Source: Candidatus Binatia bacterium (GTDB lineage Bacteria > Desulfobacterota > Binatia > UBA9968). Taken from it: a stretch of DNA of 64,000 bases. The stretch covers positions 13,561-77,560 of the forward strand of contig DASXUF010000017.1 of assembly GCA_036504975.1 (NCBI GenBank), given 5' to 3'. The stretch's first letter is position 1. Each line of letters begins with the position of its first letter. Made by a program: the position numbers and the translations under genes. This document shows positions 1-10,554 of the stretch, in pieces. The notes under the pieces are model-generated. The model ran no database searches. It saw only the letters and a list, made by a program, of their open reading frames with translations, and had not been told where the DNA came from.

Positions 1-253
1 CAGATTGTCTCGCGCAAAGGCGCAAAGGCCGCCAAGAAAAAATTCTTTTCACTTTGCGTTCTTGGCGTCCCTTCGGCTTTGCTCAGGACAGGCTTGGCGC
101 GAGTAAGTCCCAGAGTTCCGGAGAACTGCACACTCGTCCTGGCTCCTTTTGCCTGAGGCTGAATCGAGTTGTCAAGGACCGGCGAATTTGCCATAAGACA
201 AACTGAACGGAAAAGTTTCAGTACGAACACCCGCCGTCGTCGAGCGAACGAGA

Positions 254-1765
254 ATGGAAGAATCGAAGAAGAACTTTGACGTGGTCGTCGTCGGCAGCGG
301 CAATGCCGCCCTGTGCGCGGCGCTCTCCGCCCGAGAGGCCGGAGCTTCCGTGCTGATCGTGGAGAAGGCCCCGGAGGAGTGGCGCGGCGGAAATTCCTTT
401 TTCACCGGCGGCATCTTGCGCTTCGCCTTTAAGGGCATCGACGACATCAAAGCCTTGATCCCCGACCTGTCCGAAGCGGAGCTTCGCTCGATCGAGGTCG
501 AGCCCTATACGGAAGATCTGTTCTACAACGACATGCTTCGAATCACGGAGTATCTCACGGATGCCGACCTCGCTCTGACTCTGATCCGCGAGTCCTTTCC
601 TACCATGCAGTGGCTGCGGGGCAAGGGGGTGCGTTGGACTCTCGCCTTTGGCCGCCAGGCCTTCCGGGTGAAGGAGAAATTTCGCTTCTGGGGCGGCCTC
701 GTGGTCGAAGCGATCGGAGGCGGTCCCGGCCTCGTCGGCGCTCTGTTCGAGCGCGCGGCCAAGGATGGCATCGAAATACGCTATGGCTCGAAGGCGACGC
801 GGCTGCTCATATCCAGGAACGGCAGAATCACCGGGATCGAGATTCGGGGCGCTCAGGGTTTTTATGAGATTAATACTCCGGCCGTCGTGCTGGCGGCGGG
901 AGGATTCGAGGCCAACGCCGAGTGGCGTTGCCGATATTTAGGCAAGGACTGGGAGCTCGCCAAAGTCCGCGGCACGCCCTACAACACCGGCGACGGCATC
1001 AAGATGGCCCTCGACATCGGGGCGCAACCATTCGGCCATTGGAGCTCGTGCCACGCGGTTGCGTGGGATCTCAACGCGCCTCCGTTCGGCGACCGGAGGG
1101 TTGGAGAGCTTTTTCAAAAGCACTCCTATCCCCTCGGGATCATCGTCAATATCGAGGGACAGCGCTTTCTCGACGAAGGGGCGGACTTTCGAAATTATAC
1201 TTACGCTGAGTACGGCCGGCGCATCCTCACCCAACCACAGCGAGCCGCCTTTCAAATCTTCGATTCGAAAACATTGCCTCTATTGCGCGATGAGTACCGG
1301 ATTCGCGAGGTCACCAAGGCAGAGGCTCCCACGATCGAAGAGCTCGCGAAGAAGCTCGAGATCGACGCGGAAGGCTTGGCTCGCACCGTGCGGGAGTTCA
1401 ACGCCGCGGTACAACCGGGTGAATTCAACCCGGCCATTCTGGATGGAAAGAGGACGGCGGGAATTTCTCCGCCGAAAACCAATTGGGCTCTGCCGATCGA
1501 CGCGCCTCCCTTCGTGGGATTTGCCGTGACGACGGGCATCACGTTTACATTCGGCGGGCTCAGGGTCTCTTCGAAGGGAGAAGTTCTCGACACGGAAAAC
1601 CGTCCGATTCCGGGTCTCTATGGCGCAGGCGAGCTGGTCGGAGGGATCTTCTATTTCAACTATCCCGGCGCCTCGGGACTCATGTCCGGGGCGGTCTTTG
1701 GCCGCCTCTCCGGTCGAGGGGCCGCCGGATATGCAACCGCACATCCGGAACATCTCGAGAAGTGA
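254..1765 (+). CDS. FAD-dependent oxidoreductase, tricarballylate dehydrogenase (TcuA)-like / fumarate-reductase flavoprotein family
   Basis: 503-aa ORF with an N-terminal Rossmann dinucleotide motif (VVVGSGNAALCAALSAREAGASVLIVEK) followed by RGGNSFFTGG, typical of TcuA-like flavoproteins. The C-terminus has an FAD/succinate-dehydrogenase-like flavoprotein signature (GLYGAGELVGG). Confidence 0.6.
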   Translation: MEESKKNFDVVVVGSGNAALCAALSAREAGASVLIVEKAPEEWRGGNSFFTGGILRFAFKGIDDIKALIPDLSEAELRSIEVEPYTEDLFYNDMLRITEYLTDADLALTLIRESFPTMQWLRGKGVRWTLAFGRQAFRVKEKFRFWGGLVVEAIGGGPGLVGALFERAAKDGIEIRYGSKATRLLISRNGRITGIEIRGAQGFYEINTPAVVLAAGGFEANAEWRCRYLGKDWELAKVRGTPYNTGDGIKMALDIGAQPFGHWSSCHAVAWDLNAPPFGDRRVGELFQKHSYPLGIIVNIEGQRFLDEGADFRNYTYAEYGRRILTQPQRAAFQIFDSKTLPLLRDEYRIREVTKAEAPTIEELAKKLEIDAEGLARTVREFNAAVQPGEFNPAILDGKRTAGISPPKTNWALPIDAPPFVGFAVTTGITFTFGGLRVSSKGEVLDTENRPIPGLYGAGELVGGIFYFNYPGASGLMSGAVFGRLSGRGAAGYATAHPEHLEK

Positions 1766-2160
1766 GATGGCGTAAGTTCCGGATCAGACCCGGTGACTCT
1801 TTTGAACTTCGCCGCAAATTCCCGATCCTTACTTCAGTTCCCCCTGAGCTTCTTCACGCGCGCGAGAACGTCCGGAGGCTGCTCCAGGACGCGTTGAGCC
1901 AATTTCTGCAACTTCGCCGCTTACGGGATCGACTTCCATTTTTCCCTTTTTCCGCTTCGGCAAGCAGCTCGGGGGCCTTGAGCCGGTATCGATTAATCGA
2001 TATGTCCTTGCCCGAGCTGATGTCACCGAGGCCCGGGCGCGGCCTCTCCCGGCACGCGACTGTTCCACCTGGGAAACGGAATGCAGAGCGAACCTTCCTG
2101 TTCCCTCCGCTCACTCGGCGCCCCGAGGTCTCGATCGGGTGCGAAATTAGCCTATAGGAC

Positions 2161-2946
2161 TTAGGCGGACTTCCCTTTCAACCGCTCCGCCTCTTCTAAC
2201 ACCGTGCGCTGCATGACGGCGTGGAGATCGACCGAGGTCATCGCGCAATATTCCATGCCATAAGTCGGCCGCTCTTCCGCGATGCCGTCCTGGAGAAGCC
2301 GCTGAAGAACCGTACGATTGAATTGCCCGTGGCCCATCACGCCTTCCTCGTGCTCTTCAAGGTCCGCTTCGTGGTGGGTGGAAAAATAGGTCGCCTGATC
2401 TTTCGAGAAGCCGTAGTGAGTCGTCAGCGCCTTGAACCAATCGCCCGCCCAGTGGCCGATGCGCTCCTCCGTTGTGACGGAGGAGTACCATTCGGCCGCG
2501 GTTCCTTCGTACATGACGCCGCGCATGAAATCGATCTTGGCGCGGAACTCCGAGAGCAGCGGCTGCGTGAACACTTCTTCTTCCGTAAGTCCCAGCGCCT
2601 TGGCGGTCTGCATCATGACGAGATAGTGGCCCGGCGGCTTGGGGTGGATGAACTCGTCCGCGATCTTTTCGCCGAGCGGCGCCATCAGATCCCGATGACT
2701 TTTGAAAAACGGCAGAAACCTTTGATAGGAGCAGGCGGTGAGAGTATTGATCTCGATCGTCCAGGCGCCCCAGTTTGTGAAAAAGAGCTGGATGGTCGAA
2801 AGCGGCAGCTTGCCGGTCATGAGCTGCTGCATGAACGGAGAGCGGGTCACCCGCGCTTCCCAGCGCTTCGCTACTTTGCCGTAAAGCTCGTCAACCAGCG
2901 CTTTGGCTTCCGCCGGCTTCACCTTCACGCCCGGTGTGATCTTCAT
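2161..2946 (-). CDS. TenA/PqqC-like (heme-oxygenase-fold) iron-containing redox enzyme family protein, copy 1
   Basis: 261 aa. Contains an acidic/His-rich helix (HHEADLEEHEEGVMGHG) as in the TenA_C/PqqC/CADD superfamily. Near-duplicate of ORF 11647..12426; shared blocks include LAPLGEKIADEFIHPKPPGH and EADLEEHEEGVMGHG. Confidence 0.55.
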   Translation of the reverse strand: MKITPGVKVKPAEAKALVDELYGKVAKRWEARVTRSPFMQQLMTGKLPLSTIQLFFTNWGAWTIEINTLTACSYQRFLPFFKSHRDLMAPLGEKIADEFIHPKPPGHYLVMMQTAKALGLTEEEVFTQPLLSEFRAKIDFMRGVMYEGTAAEWYSSVTTEERIGHWAGDWFKALTTHYGFSKDQATYFSTHHEADLEEHEEGVMGHGQFNRTVLQRLLQDGIAEERPTYGMEYCAMTSVDLHAVMQRTVLEEAERLKGKSA

Positions 2947-3038
2947 GCTTTCGTCTCCCGTCTCCAGCCGTCGGCTTCAACGCTAAGCGCATGGCACAAA
3001 GGCTTGGCGCTCTGCTCTTGGCTCCTTGCGCCGTCGCT

Positions 3039-3983
3039 CTATTGGCGAATTCCCAATTCCTTCTGCGCCTGGCGCAGCAGAGAAAAATCTCTTACGTCGG
3101 CCAAAGGCTTCTTCCCTTCCGTCAGCCGCTCCCATTCGAAGTCCGTGATCTCGCCGTTGCGCGCCAAGGAAACCAACAAAAGCTGATACGAGTGCGCGGC
3201 CATCTGCGGCGACTGGCTGAGCCAGCGCATCCTGATGTTGATGGTTTCCTGTTTGTTCTCGAAGATAAAATTCTGCGACTTGAGCAGGGCGCGGAGGAGC
3301 TGCTTCACCAACTGAGGCTTTTCTTGCAGCCAGCGATGGCCGACGGCGATGCCGGAAGTCGGCAGAGCGTACTTCACGTCTTCCGGACCGCCGAGAACGT
3401 TGAAGCCCTCGTCCTTGAGCAGCAGGTCGTGCGGCGAGGAAATCGAGCTGGCATCGACCATTCCCGTGCGCAGGGCCTGCGCCCGCAGCGGCGCGTCGCC
3501 CACGGCGAGGATTTGAAGCTGAGCCGGGTTGAATCCCTTGGAGCGGAGAATCTCCTCCGCCGCCGTCTGATCCGTGCCGAGCAGCGTGGAGACGGCGAGC
3601 TTTTTGCCTTTGAGCTCCTGGACGTCTTTGATGTCGCCCCGCGCGACCAAAAAGTGTTCCGACTTTTTGACCGATACCGCCACGAACTTGAGCGGCAACC
3701 CCTGGAGGACGCCGCGCAGCGTGCTGCCGAAGGTCGAGGTGAAATCCAGATCGCCGTTCATCACCGCCATCGCGCCGAGCCGCGGATTCACCTGGATCAT
3801 CTCCATGTCGAGGCCTTCCTCTTTGAAATATCCCCTCACCGCCGCGACCTGGAACGGCGTGACCGAGTTGCTGCGGCTGGAATAAGAGAGCCTGACCTTT
3901 TGCGCCTGAGCGCCCGGCGACGCGGCGGGAGTGCTCAGGGCGAAGATAAAGAGCCAAACGAGGCATAAAATTGCGGACCGCAC
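3039..3983 (-). CDS. ABC-transporter periplasmic substrate-binding protein, NMT1/THI5-like (SsuA/TauA/ThiY family), copy 1
   Basis: 314 aa with an N-terminal signal peptide (MRSAILCLVWLFIFALSTPAASPGAQA). Two-lobed SBP pattern with LKGKKLAV and LQIL..GD motifs typical of NMT1-like binders. Paralogous to 9519..10463 and 12436..13494. Confidence 0.6.
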   Translation of the reverse strand: MRSAILCLVWLFIFALSTPAASPGAQAQKVRLSYSSRSNSVTPFQVAAVRGYFKEEGLDMEMIQVNPRLGAMAVMNGDLDFTSTFGSTLRGVLQGLPLKFVAVSVKKSEHFLVARGDIKDVQELKGKKLAVSTLLGTDQTAAEEILRSKGFNPAQLQILAVGDAPLRAQALRTGMVDASSISSPHDLLLKDEGFNVLGGPEDVKYALPTSGIAVGHRWLQEKPQLVKQLLRALLKSQNFIFENKQETINIRMRWLSQSPQMAAHSYQLLLVSLARNGEITDFEWERLTEGKKPLADVRDFSLLRQAQKELGIRQ

Positions 3984-4017
3984 TGCTACTCCTATCCGAG
4001 ATGATTCCTACTTCGGT

Positions 4018-4725
4018 TTACTTGATCCTTTCCATCTCATCCGCCAGCGCGCCGCGAAACGCCCGGTCGATCTGCAGCGATTCCCGCGCGCCGTTAATCA
4101 CCGAGTCGTAACTGCCGTCGTCTACGACGTAGCGCTCGAACACGCTCCACATCATATCCGAGTGCTCGCGGTCCGCCGCCTTGTGCACATCGACCGAGGG
4201 CATGTCCTTCCAGTCGAGACCGAGCTCGGCACGCCACTTTTGGCCGATGCGATAGGAAAGCCCTCCGCCTTTGACGATCTGGTTGTTGTTTCTCCTCTCG
4301 AGGATCGACGAAGAAGCGAGCGCCGCGAGCCAATCCTGTCGCGTGGCGAGATAGACCCACGCATACTGGGCGGCGCGCGCCTGGGGAATAGGCTCGGCCC
4401 GCGCGACCTCCTCCGGGGCGATTCCCAGCAGCTCGCATTCCTTGATCTGGAGCGAATAATGATCCGTGTCGCACCGCGGGTCGCTCACGAGCTCGTCCTG
4501 CTCGTGCTGCCAGATGACCCGCTTGACGTCGAGCGGGCTCGCGCCCGACACGTAGCCCCAGCAGTCTCTCCGGTTGCTCGTGTAGAACGCCATGTGCAGC
4601 GCCAGAAAACGGGCCCGATTCAGATTATAGCGGATGGCGAGAAAGCGCATGAACTCAGGCGTCTCAAACTGCGCGTTGACCATTCGGTCCAGCTCCGCGC
4701 GTAATTGCTCCGAACGGGACATCAT
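4018..4725 (-). CDS. TenA/PqqC-like heme-oxygenase-fold protein, divergent paralog
   Basis: 235 aa, all-helical composition. Position and length match the other two HO-like genes in the cluster. Similarity to copies 1 and 2 is weak but the spacing of aromatic/acidic residues is shared. No signal peptide. Confidence 0.4.
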   Translation of the reverse strand: MMSRSEQLRAELDRMVNAQFETPEFMRFLAIRYNLNRARFLALHMAFYTSNRRDCWGYVSGASPLDVKRVIWQHEQDELVSDPRCDTDHYSLQIKECELLGIAPEEVARAEPIPQARAAQYAWVYLATRQDWLAALASSSILERRNNNQIVKGGGLSYRIGQKWRAELGLDWKDMPSVDVHKAADREHSDMMWSVFERYVVDDGSYDSVINGARESLQIDRAFRGALADEMERIK

Positions 4726-4774
4726 GCCTCCAGGCCTTGGATTTTCAAACCCGCCTCTGCCGTTGCTCCGACAT

Positions 4775-5778
4775 TCATCTCACGGCAAGAAACTCGTTGT
4801 AAAGCTTCATATACCGGCTGTAGTCCCCTTCCGGCTTAATCACGTGCAGATTATCGCTCTCGAGAAGCTGGTCGATATCCTTGGAGGGGCTCTTGACGCC
4901 GCGCCGCAATGGGATCTTCCCGGCTCTGGCCAGCGCCTGCTGCCCCTCCTGAGAGAGATAAAAATCGACCAGCAGGCGCGCGGCGGCCGGATGGAGCGGG
5001 TTTCTCACCGCCGCGACCGTGGAGATCGTTGCGAACGTGGGAGAGCTGGGAAGCCAATCGACGGGCGCCCCTTTTCGTTTCATCGCATCGACCTTGGATA
5101 CCTGCGCAAAAATGGTCAGAGGGTATTCGCCCGCGGCCAGGAGATTGACCATGTGAGTGTAGCCTTCCACCAGCCTCAACTCCTGTTGGCTCAACTTTTT
5201 GAGATAAGCCGCTCCCTGCTCCTCGCCGCGCAGAGAGATCATACCGGTAAAGGGATACGGGACTCCACGATTGACGGCCATCTGCCCTTTGAATTGCGGC
5301 TTGAGATATTCATCGTAATTTTTCGGCGCCGCCGCCTTCGAGATCATCTTAGGATTAAAGCCGGTGATGAGCAAATCGGTGGTCATGCCCGACCAGTAAC
5401 CGTCGGGATCCGAGCTTCCGCTGATGAGATTCTTGGTTTCCGCGGAGCGGTGGGCGGAGAGAACCCCTTGCTGCTTGAAGTAGAGCATCGTCTCCAGGCT
5501 GTTTCCCAAAACGTCCGCCTGCACCCTTCCCGCCCGATGCTCTTGCATGACCCGCGCCGCCTGTCGGGCCGAGCTCAGGTAAACGTGACGGATGTTGAGA
5601 AAGGGATATTTTTCCTTTGCCGCTTTGCTGAACGCTTCGAAGTCCACCACCGTCATGGTCGTGTAGAGAATGACCTCGCCTTCCTTCTTCGCCTGCTCGA
5701 CGTTGTCCGTCGCTTGCGCGAAACAGAAAGCGGGCCAGAGAAGGAGCGCCCAAAAAAGGAGATTATGTTTTGGCTTCA
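4775..5778 (-). CDS. extracellular solute-binding protein, family-1 (Fe3+/thiamine-type) ABC substrate-binding protein
   Basis: Start re-assigned to the internal ATG (MKPKHNLLFWALLLWPAFCFAQA), which gives a signal peptide and a GGAGGAGAAG Shine-Dalgarno sequence on the minus strand. Paralog of 21043..22125; shared blocks include AKKEGEV..YTT and HRAGRVQADV versus ARAGKYNVDV. Confidence 0.55.
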
Positions 5779-5810
5779 TGTCTTCTCCTCCAGGATAAAC
5801 CGGACGAACG

Positions 5811-7253
5811 TCAGACGCCGAACGCCAGGCTCTTGATGACGACCGGCACGTAATCCTCTCCCGGCACGATCGCTCCGACGTCGATGAAGTCCATCTCGCC
5901 GAGCGAGATTTCATCCACGCACGGCATGCTCAGTTCTTTTCCCAGCGCTTCTCCGATGACCCGGCCGATGTTCTGCTCGAAGACGAGCATCTGCGGCCGC
6001 TCGGATGCAGGCACCTCCGCCAAAGCGCGGCGTATTCCCGTCGCCAGCTCCTGTGCCGCGCCGTAGCCCAAGAAAGGCGGGGAGATAAAAACCAGCGCGA
6101 ACGGCGAGCCCTTGACCTCCGGATCCATGGCGGCGATCGTCTTTCGAATCGCCTTTGCGGCTTTATCCGCGATCGGCGCATCCCAACTCACCTGAACCGT
6201 CGAGACTCTTAAGTTGTGCAGCGGCAGTGTTTTCGGATTCGGAATGAAGATCGTCTCGCCGCTCATCTGCATCGAATACTGCGACGCGCCGATGACCGTG
6301 GCGCGGATGCCTTCGCTCGAATCGAGAACCGCGTAGCGCCGCTTCCGTGCCTGTTCCCGCACCTCTTTCCCGAACAATACGCCGAGATCCCCGAAGCTCC
6401 CGGCCTCGCGGCCGTAAATATATTCGGCAACGCCGCCGGAAAAAAGAACCCCGTCGATTTGAGGCGGCAGGGCAAGCGCAGGCATGATCATGATCTCGCT
6501 CCACGGCGGCTCGCCGCCGGCGATCAAATCGAAAAGGATTTGCGCCATCTTCGCGGCGACTCCCCTGAGCGTCGGCGCATCGATCGGGTCGCCCAGGGCC
6601 AGCTGATAACCGGCATGGCGCAAAAATTTCTTACCGGACTGCTCCAGGCGTCTGATCCGGCCGCTCTTGTCGAAGGCGATCAACCGCGCGCCGATGTTGA
6701 GCGCCGTGACGCCGACGACTCTTCCCTTGTCGATCAGGCTCACCTTCGTGGTGCCGCCGCCGACGTCGATGTTGAGAAGCGTCGTTGCCTCTTCGCGGCT
6801 GCGGCCGACGGCGCCGGAGCCGTGCGCCGCGAGCAGCGCCTCCAGTCTGGGACCGGCGGTCGCGCACACGAACTGACCCGCCTGGGCGGAAAAAAGCTCG
6901 GCGATTTTCTGCGCGTTCTCCCGCCGCGCGGCTTCGCCGGTGATGATGACCGCGCCGGTGTCGATTTGCTCGCGGTTAAGACCCGCGGCGCGGAAGCTGC
7001 CGTCGATCAATTCGGCCAGCGGCCCGGCTTCGATGTTCCAGTCCCCCGTGAACGGCGTCAGCAGAACGGGAGAGCGGGCGATCAGCTTTCGCTCTAAAAT
7101 TTCGGGACGGCGCCGGTGCGCCGACGGATAGCCGATCGCGAGCTGCGAGAACATCAGATGAGAAGTCGAAGAGCCGATATCGATCCCGACGCTGACGAGA
7201 TGCGTATGCGGCACCGCGCTGCTCTCGTGGTCGTGTCCATGGTGATTATCCAT
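5811..7253 (-). CDS. EutA/GlmL-like ASKHA-fold ATPase (putative enzyme reactivase/chaperone)
   Basis: 480 aa. Two actin-like ATPase phosphate loops (VGIDIGSSTSH near the N-terminus, VDVGGGTTK mid-protein). Size and organisation resemble ethanolamine-ammonia-lyase reactivase EutA and glutamate-mutase GlmL. Confidence 0.45.
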   Translation of the reverse strand: MDNHHGHDHESSAVPHTHLVSVGIDIGSSTSHLMFSQLAIGYPSAHRRRPEILERKLIARSPVLLTPFTGDWNIEAGPLAELIDGSFRAAGLNREQIDTGAVIITGEAARRENAQKIAELFSAQAGQFVCATAGPRLEALLAAHGSGAVGRSREEATTLLNIDVGGGTTKVSLIDKGRVVGVTALNIGARLIAFDKSGRIRRLEQSGKKFLRHAGYQLALGDPIDAPTLRGVAAKMAQILFDLIAGGEPPWSEIMIMPALALPPQIDGVLFSGGVAEYIYGREAGSFGDLGVLFGKEVREQARKRRYAVLDSSEGIRATVIGASQYSMQMSGETIFIPNPKTLPLHNLRVSTVQVSWDAPIADKAAKAIRKTIAAMDPEVKGSPFALVFISPPFLGYGAAQELATGIRRALAEVPASERPQMLVFEQNIGRVIGEALGKELSMPCVDEISLGEMDFIDVGAIVPGEDYVPVVIKSLAFGV

Positions 7254-7457
7254 AACAAAATTTTGAATCTTGCCCCTCGTCAGTGTTAAAAAAATCCGTT
7301 CTTCAAGGCGGTCAGAAAGGTTTCAGCTGCGCGGCGCGCGAAGGTCCGCGAGCGGAGGCGTACTTTTTTTCAGTACGTTGACGCCATAGCCCGCCACTGG
7401 CGGGCGTTCCGCTAACCGGCCGAGCGCGACCATCTTAACGCTATGGCAGATGAGCCT

Positions 7458-8555
7458 TTATGGCCGCCTTGCTAGTGTAGTGTAGTAATCCGCTGGTTCC
7501 CCCTGCTGCGTATGCACGTACCCCGTCGACTCCATGGCGACGCGGCCGGAGTGGACGAGAAATCGCGCCGTCTCCTTGCCGGTGTTGAAGTGCTGGTGCC
7601 AGGCGAAGACCGGAATCACCAAGGTGTCGCCTTTCTTCCAATCGTATCTCTGGTCCTCGATGATACTGTAGCCTTCGCCGGAGAGCACGTATTCCGTTTC
7701 TTCGTAAATGTGCCGGTGCGCGCCCGAGCGCTTGCCAGCGGGAATTTCCGCGAGCAGAGTGCCCAAGATCTTCACGTGAAAGCCGAGCTTCGGATCGACT
7801 GCGTACGCGACCCGTCCCATCGGCGTCAAGCCGAAGCGCAATGTGCTTCCCTTGACCAGCACTTTCCCCGCTCTCCTGCGTTTTTCTTCGTGCTCAGCGT
7901 AAGTCAGTTGCTCGTAATAAATCTCCGCGGGACTGGGCTCGCCGCCGTTGCTCGTCTCGGCCGGCTTCCACTTGGCCGAGTCGAACTTGACTCGCGCTTC
8001 CGCCGGGATCTCCGCGCCTCCCGGCACTAGCGTCTTCATCGCCTCCTCGCCTTTCTGCGCGAAGATCCAGTACTCGGGATATTTTTCTTCTTCGTAGATC
8101 GCGATGCCCATCGCCATCGACAGCGGGCCCGTCGTCGCCGCCAGATAGACCAGCTCGTCGCCGCTCTCGTTGTGGTGCCGATGCCAGGCAAAGACCGGAA
8201 CACAAATTAAATCGCCGGCTTGCCAAGGATACTTGATCCCATCAATGACGCTGTAGCCATGCCCTTTGAGAATATAGATGACGGCCTCGACGGTATGGCG
8301 GTGGCCCAATTGCCAGCCGCTGAATTCCATCTCCTCGCCGGCGGTGCGGAGATTGATCCAGAAGCGGAAGGTCCGCTGGTTGAAGCCGAGGCGCGGATCG
8401 ACGATGTAGACGTGGTTGTGGTCTTTGAGCTGCGCGTCGATCTCCTCGGCCCTGACGTGGACCGGCGATTTTTTTCTTCGCTCCAGCTCCTCTTTGCCGA
8501 AGCGGATATGCTCCATCCGCATCCGCAAGTGGTCTTCTTTTCGCGCCATCACCAT
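7458..8555 (-). CDS. bicupin (two cupin barrels), gentisate-1,2-dioxygenase-like ring-cleavage dioxygenase family, copy 1
   Basis: 365 aa. Two cupin cores with His-containing motifs (GHRHTVEAVIYILKGHGYSVIDGI in the N-terminal barrel, SGAHRH...YVLSGEGYSIIED in the C-terminal barrel). Strong paralogy to 10555..11637; shared blocks include ICVPVFAWHRH, YPEYWIFAQK and ARFLVH. Confidence 0.6.
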   Translation of the reverse strand: MVMARKEDHLRMRMEHIRFGKEELERRKKSPVHVRAEEIDAQLKDHNHVYIVDPRLGFNQRTFRFWINLRTAGEEMEFSGWQLGHRHTVEAVIYILKGHGYSVIDGIKYPWQAGDLICVPVFAWHRHHNESGDELVYLAATTGPLSMAMGIAIYEEEKYPEYWIFAQKGEEAMKTLVPGGAEIPAEARVKFDSAKWKPAETSNGGEPSPAEIYYEQLTYAEHEEKRRRAGKVLVKGSTLRFGLTPMGRVAYAVDPKLGFHVKILGTLLAEIPAGKRSGAHRHIYEETEYVLSGEGYSIIEDQRYDWKKGDTLVIPVFAWHQHFNTGKETARFLVHSGRVAMESTGYVHTQQGEPADYYTTLARRP

Positions 8556-8571
8556 GACGAAATCCCCCTTC

Positions 8572-9522
8572 TCAAGCGATGCGTAAAAATAGTGTCTCGG
8601 AATCGATTTTTGCGCTCGCGATCCCCTGCTCGACGCCGTAGCGAATCAGCGTCTTGATGACTTTTTCGTTCGCCGCCATGCCGTAGCGCCACGGATCGCC
8701 GCCGAACATCTCGCGCTCTTCTTCCCACAAATCCCTGATCCACACGAAATTGGAAAACGTCGGGTCTTCGTCGTCCGCCAGCGCCAGCCGTTTCGCTTCG
8801 TCCCAGATTTTATAAAGTCTGCGCGCCAGCAAAGGGTGGTCGCGCGCAACCTGCTCCCGGATGACGATCGCGTGGTTGATCGGGAAAATTCCCGTGCGCC
8901 GGAAATAATCCATTTCCAGTTCCTTGGTATAAGAGAAGAGCCGGCGAATTCCCCTGGCCGCGATCACGTCGGGAGTAATCAACGCGTCCACCTCTCCCTT
9001 GAGAAGGCGCGCGCGCAGGTCGCGCTTTCCGGAGAACGATTCGATGACGGCGCCGGGCGGCGGCGTGAAATCGACCGCTTCTTTTCTGATAACTTTCCAG
9101 GCCATGTCCCGGGTTTTGAGTCCGTATTCGTCTCCCAGCAAGCCGCGCGCCCAGAGACCGCAGGTGTTGAGATACGACGGCACGCCGACGGCTTTACCCC
9201 TGAGGTCGGCGGCCTCCCGGATGGGCGAATCCTCGCGCAGGTATATAAAGGAGTAGCGGAATCGGCGGTTGGGGAAAACCGGAATAGCCACGAGCGGAGC
9301 GCCGTTGCTCTTGAGCGCCAGGTAGAGGGCCAGAGAAAGCTCCGAGGCGTCGAAGTCGCCGGCGAGAAAACGCCGATGGCGCTCGCCGTCGCTCTCGAAC
9401 GGAACGACCTTGAGCTTGAGGTCGCCCGTATCCACCCTCCCGTCCCATAAAGGCCGGGCGCGGACGTGGTAGCCGGTGGCCAGGACGAGGGGGCGATTTT
9501 TTTTCTTTACCGGACGGCTCAT
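8572..9522 (-). CDS. cytoplasmic PhnD/SsuA/NMT1-fold protein (4,5-dihydroxyphthalate-decarboxylase-like family)
   Basis: 316 aa with no signal peptide, but SBP-like two-lobed pattern (LRGKAVGVPS, EVDALITPDV). Proteins of this fold lacking signal peptides are annotated as aromatic-acid decarboxylases. Confidence 0.4.
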   Translation of the reverse strand: MSRPVKKKNRPLVLATGYHVRARPLWDGRVDTGDLKLKVVPFESDGERHRRFLAGDFDASELSLALYLALKSNGAPLVAIPVFPNRRFRYSFIYLREDSPIREAADLRGKAVGVPSYLNTCGLWARGLLGDEYGLKTRDMAWKVIRKEAVDFTPPPGAVIESFSGKRDLRARLLKGEVDALITPDVIAARGIRRLFSYTKELEMDYFRRTGIFPINHAIVIREQVARDHPLLARRLYKIWDEAKRLALADDEDPTFSNFVWIRDLWEEEREMFGGDPWRYGMAANEKVIKTLIRYGVEQGIASAKIDSETLFLRIA

Positions 9523-10463
9523 TTCAAACCTCGCGCGAACGAATAATCGAAGATCTCGCTCATCGGCAGCGCCTTTTTTCCCAGCTCGCCGCGGCTCTGC
9601 GCCCGCTCCAAAAATATATTAACGCGCTCTTCCGGCATCACCAGATCGTCAACCATGACGCCGGCGATGTCATCATACGCTTGCGCAGCGACATCCGGGG
9701 CCACCTGCCAGCTCTGTTGAATGTAGGCGACCGTGCCCTGCCGATCCTGGCGCACGGTTTTCAGCGTCTCGCGCAAAGCGAGAAGGAAGCTCCGGATGCG
9801 ATCCGGCTGTTTCTGGATTTTCTGCCGGCTCGTCACGACGCCGAGCCACGGCGCCTCGATCAGATCGCGGCTGTTCATGAGGACCTTATAGCCCTGGCGC
9901 GCCATGAGTCCGGTGAACGGCGGGCTCAGGACCGCGGCCTCGACCGAACCCTGCTGGAGCGCCGTCAGACTCACCGTCGTGCTCCCGGTCTGGATAAAGG
10001 TGATTTTTTTCTCATCGACGCCGCTGTTCTCCAGCATCAACGCGCCGTAGCGGTGGCTCTCCGAGCCGATGCGCGAGACCGCGACTTTCTTTCCTTCCAG
10101 ATCTTTCGGCCGCACGACGTGCGCCGGAGCCAGGAGCGAGAGCAGCGGCGCGCGATAGAGAACCGCCACGGTTTTCAGCGGCATGCCGTTGCTGATCCCG
10201 AGGATCGCCGGTCCGATCGCCGGATTGAAATCCAATTCACCGGAGACCAGACCGATCGTCTGGAGATTGCTCTGCATCGAAATAATTTCCAGGTCGATGC
10301 CGTGCTTCTCGAAGATCTTTTTATCTTTGCCGTAGTAGAACGGCAGAAACACCACGCTCCGGACGGAGACGCCCAGGCGCATCTTCTCCAATGCAGCAGC
10401 GGGAGAGGCTAAGACAATCGCCCCTAAGAGGACAGCGACAGATAATCGGCTTCGCGTAAACAT
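9519..10463 (-). CDS. ABC-transporter substrate-binding protein, NMT1/THI5-like, copy 2
   Basis: Start moved to the ATG giving MFTRSRLSVAVLLGAIVLASPAAA, a signal peptide. The upstream in-frame extension in the ORF track is a translated REP-like repeat. NMT1-like pattern present (LEGKKVAVS, GSVEAAVL). Confidence 0.6.
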   Translation of the reverse strand: MFTRSRLSVAVLLGAIVLASPAAALEKMRLGVSVRSVVFLPFYYGKDKKIFEKHGIDLEIISMQSNLQTIGLVSGELDFNPAIGPAILGISNGMPLKTVAVLYRAPLLSLLAPAHVVRPKDLEGKKVAVSRIGSESHRYGALMLENSGVDEKKITFIQTGSTTVSLTALQQGSVEAAVLSPPFTGLMARQGYKVLMNSRDLIEAPWLGVVTSRQKIQKQPDRIRSFLLALRETLKTVRQDRQGTVAYIQQSWQVAPDVAAQAYDDIAGVMVDDLVMPEERVNIFLERAQSRGELGKKALPMSEIFDYSFARGLK

Positions 10464-10554
10464 AGGCGTTGATCCTATTTCAGATCCTTCACTTCGTTCA
10501 GGATGACGGAGTATGCTCCGAAATGTCATTCTGAGCGAAGCGAAGAATCTCTCC

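Noticed and set aside
2221-3186. Long antisense ORFs such as 2221..3186(+), 2991..3968(+), 6216..7097(+), 10663..11700(+), 15594..16910(-), 23752..24642(-), 35909..37093(-), 59619..60797(-), 62868..63992(+).
   Set aside because: High GC suppresses stop codons on the strand opposite real genes. These ORFs have Arg/Ala/Gly/Pro-rich low-complexity translations and no motifs. They exactly shadow well-supported genes on the other strand.
7254-7457. Possible terminator/promoter in the 200-bp gap between bicupin 1 and the EutA-like gene.
   Set aside because: GC-rich palindromic runs (gcgcggcgcgc) are present but there is no clear stem followed by a U-tract, so the evidence is too weak to call.
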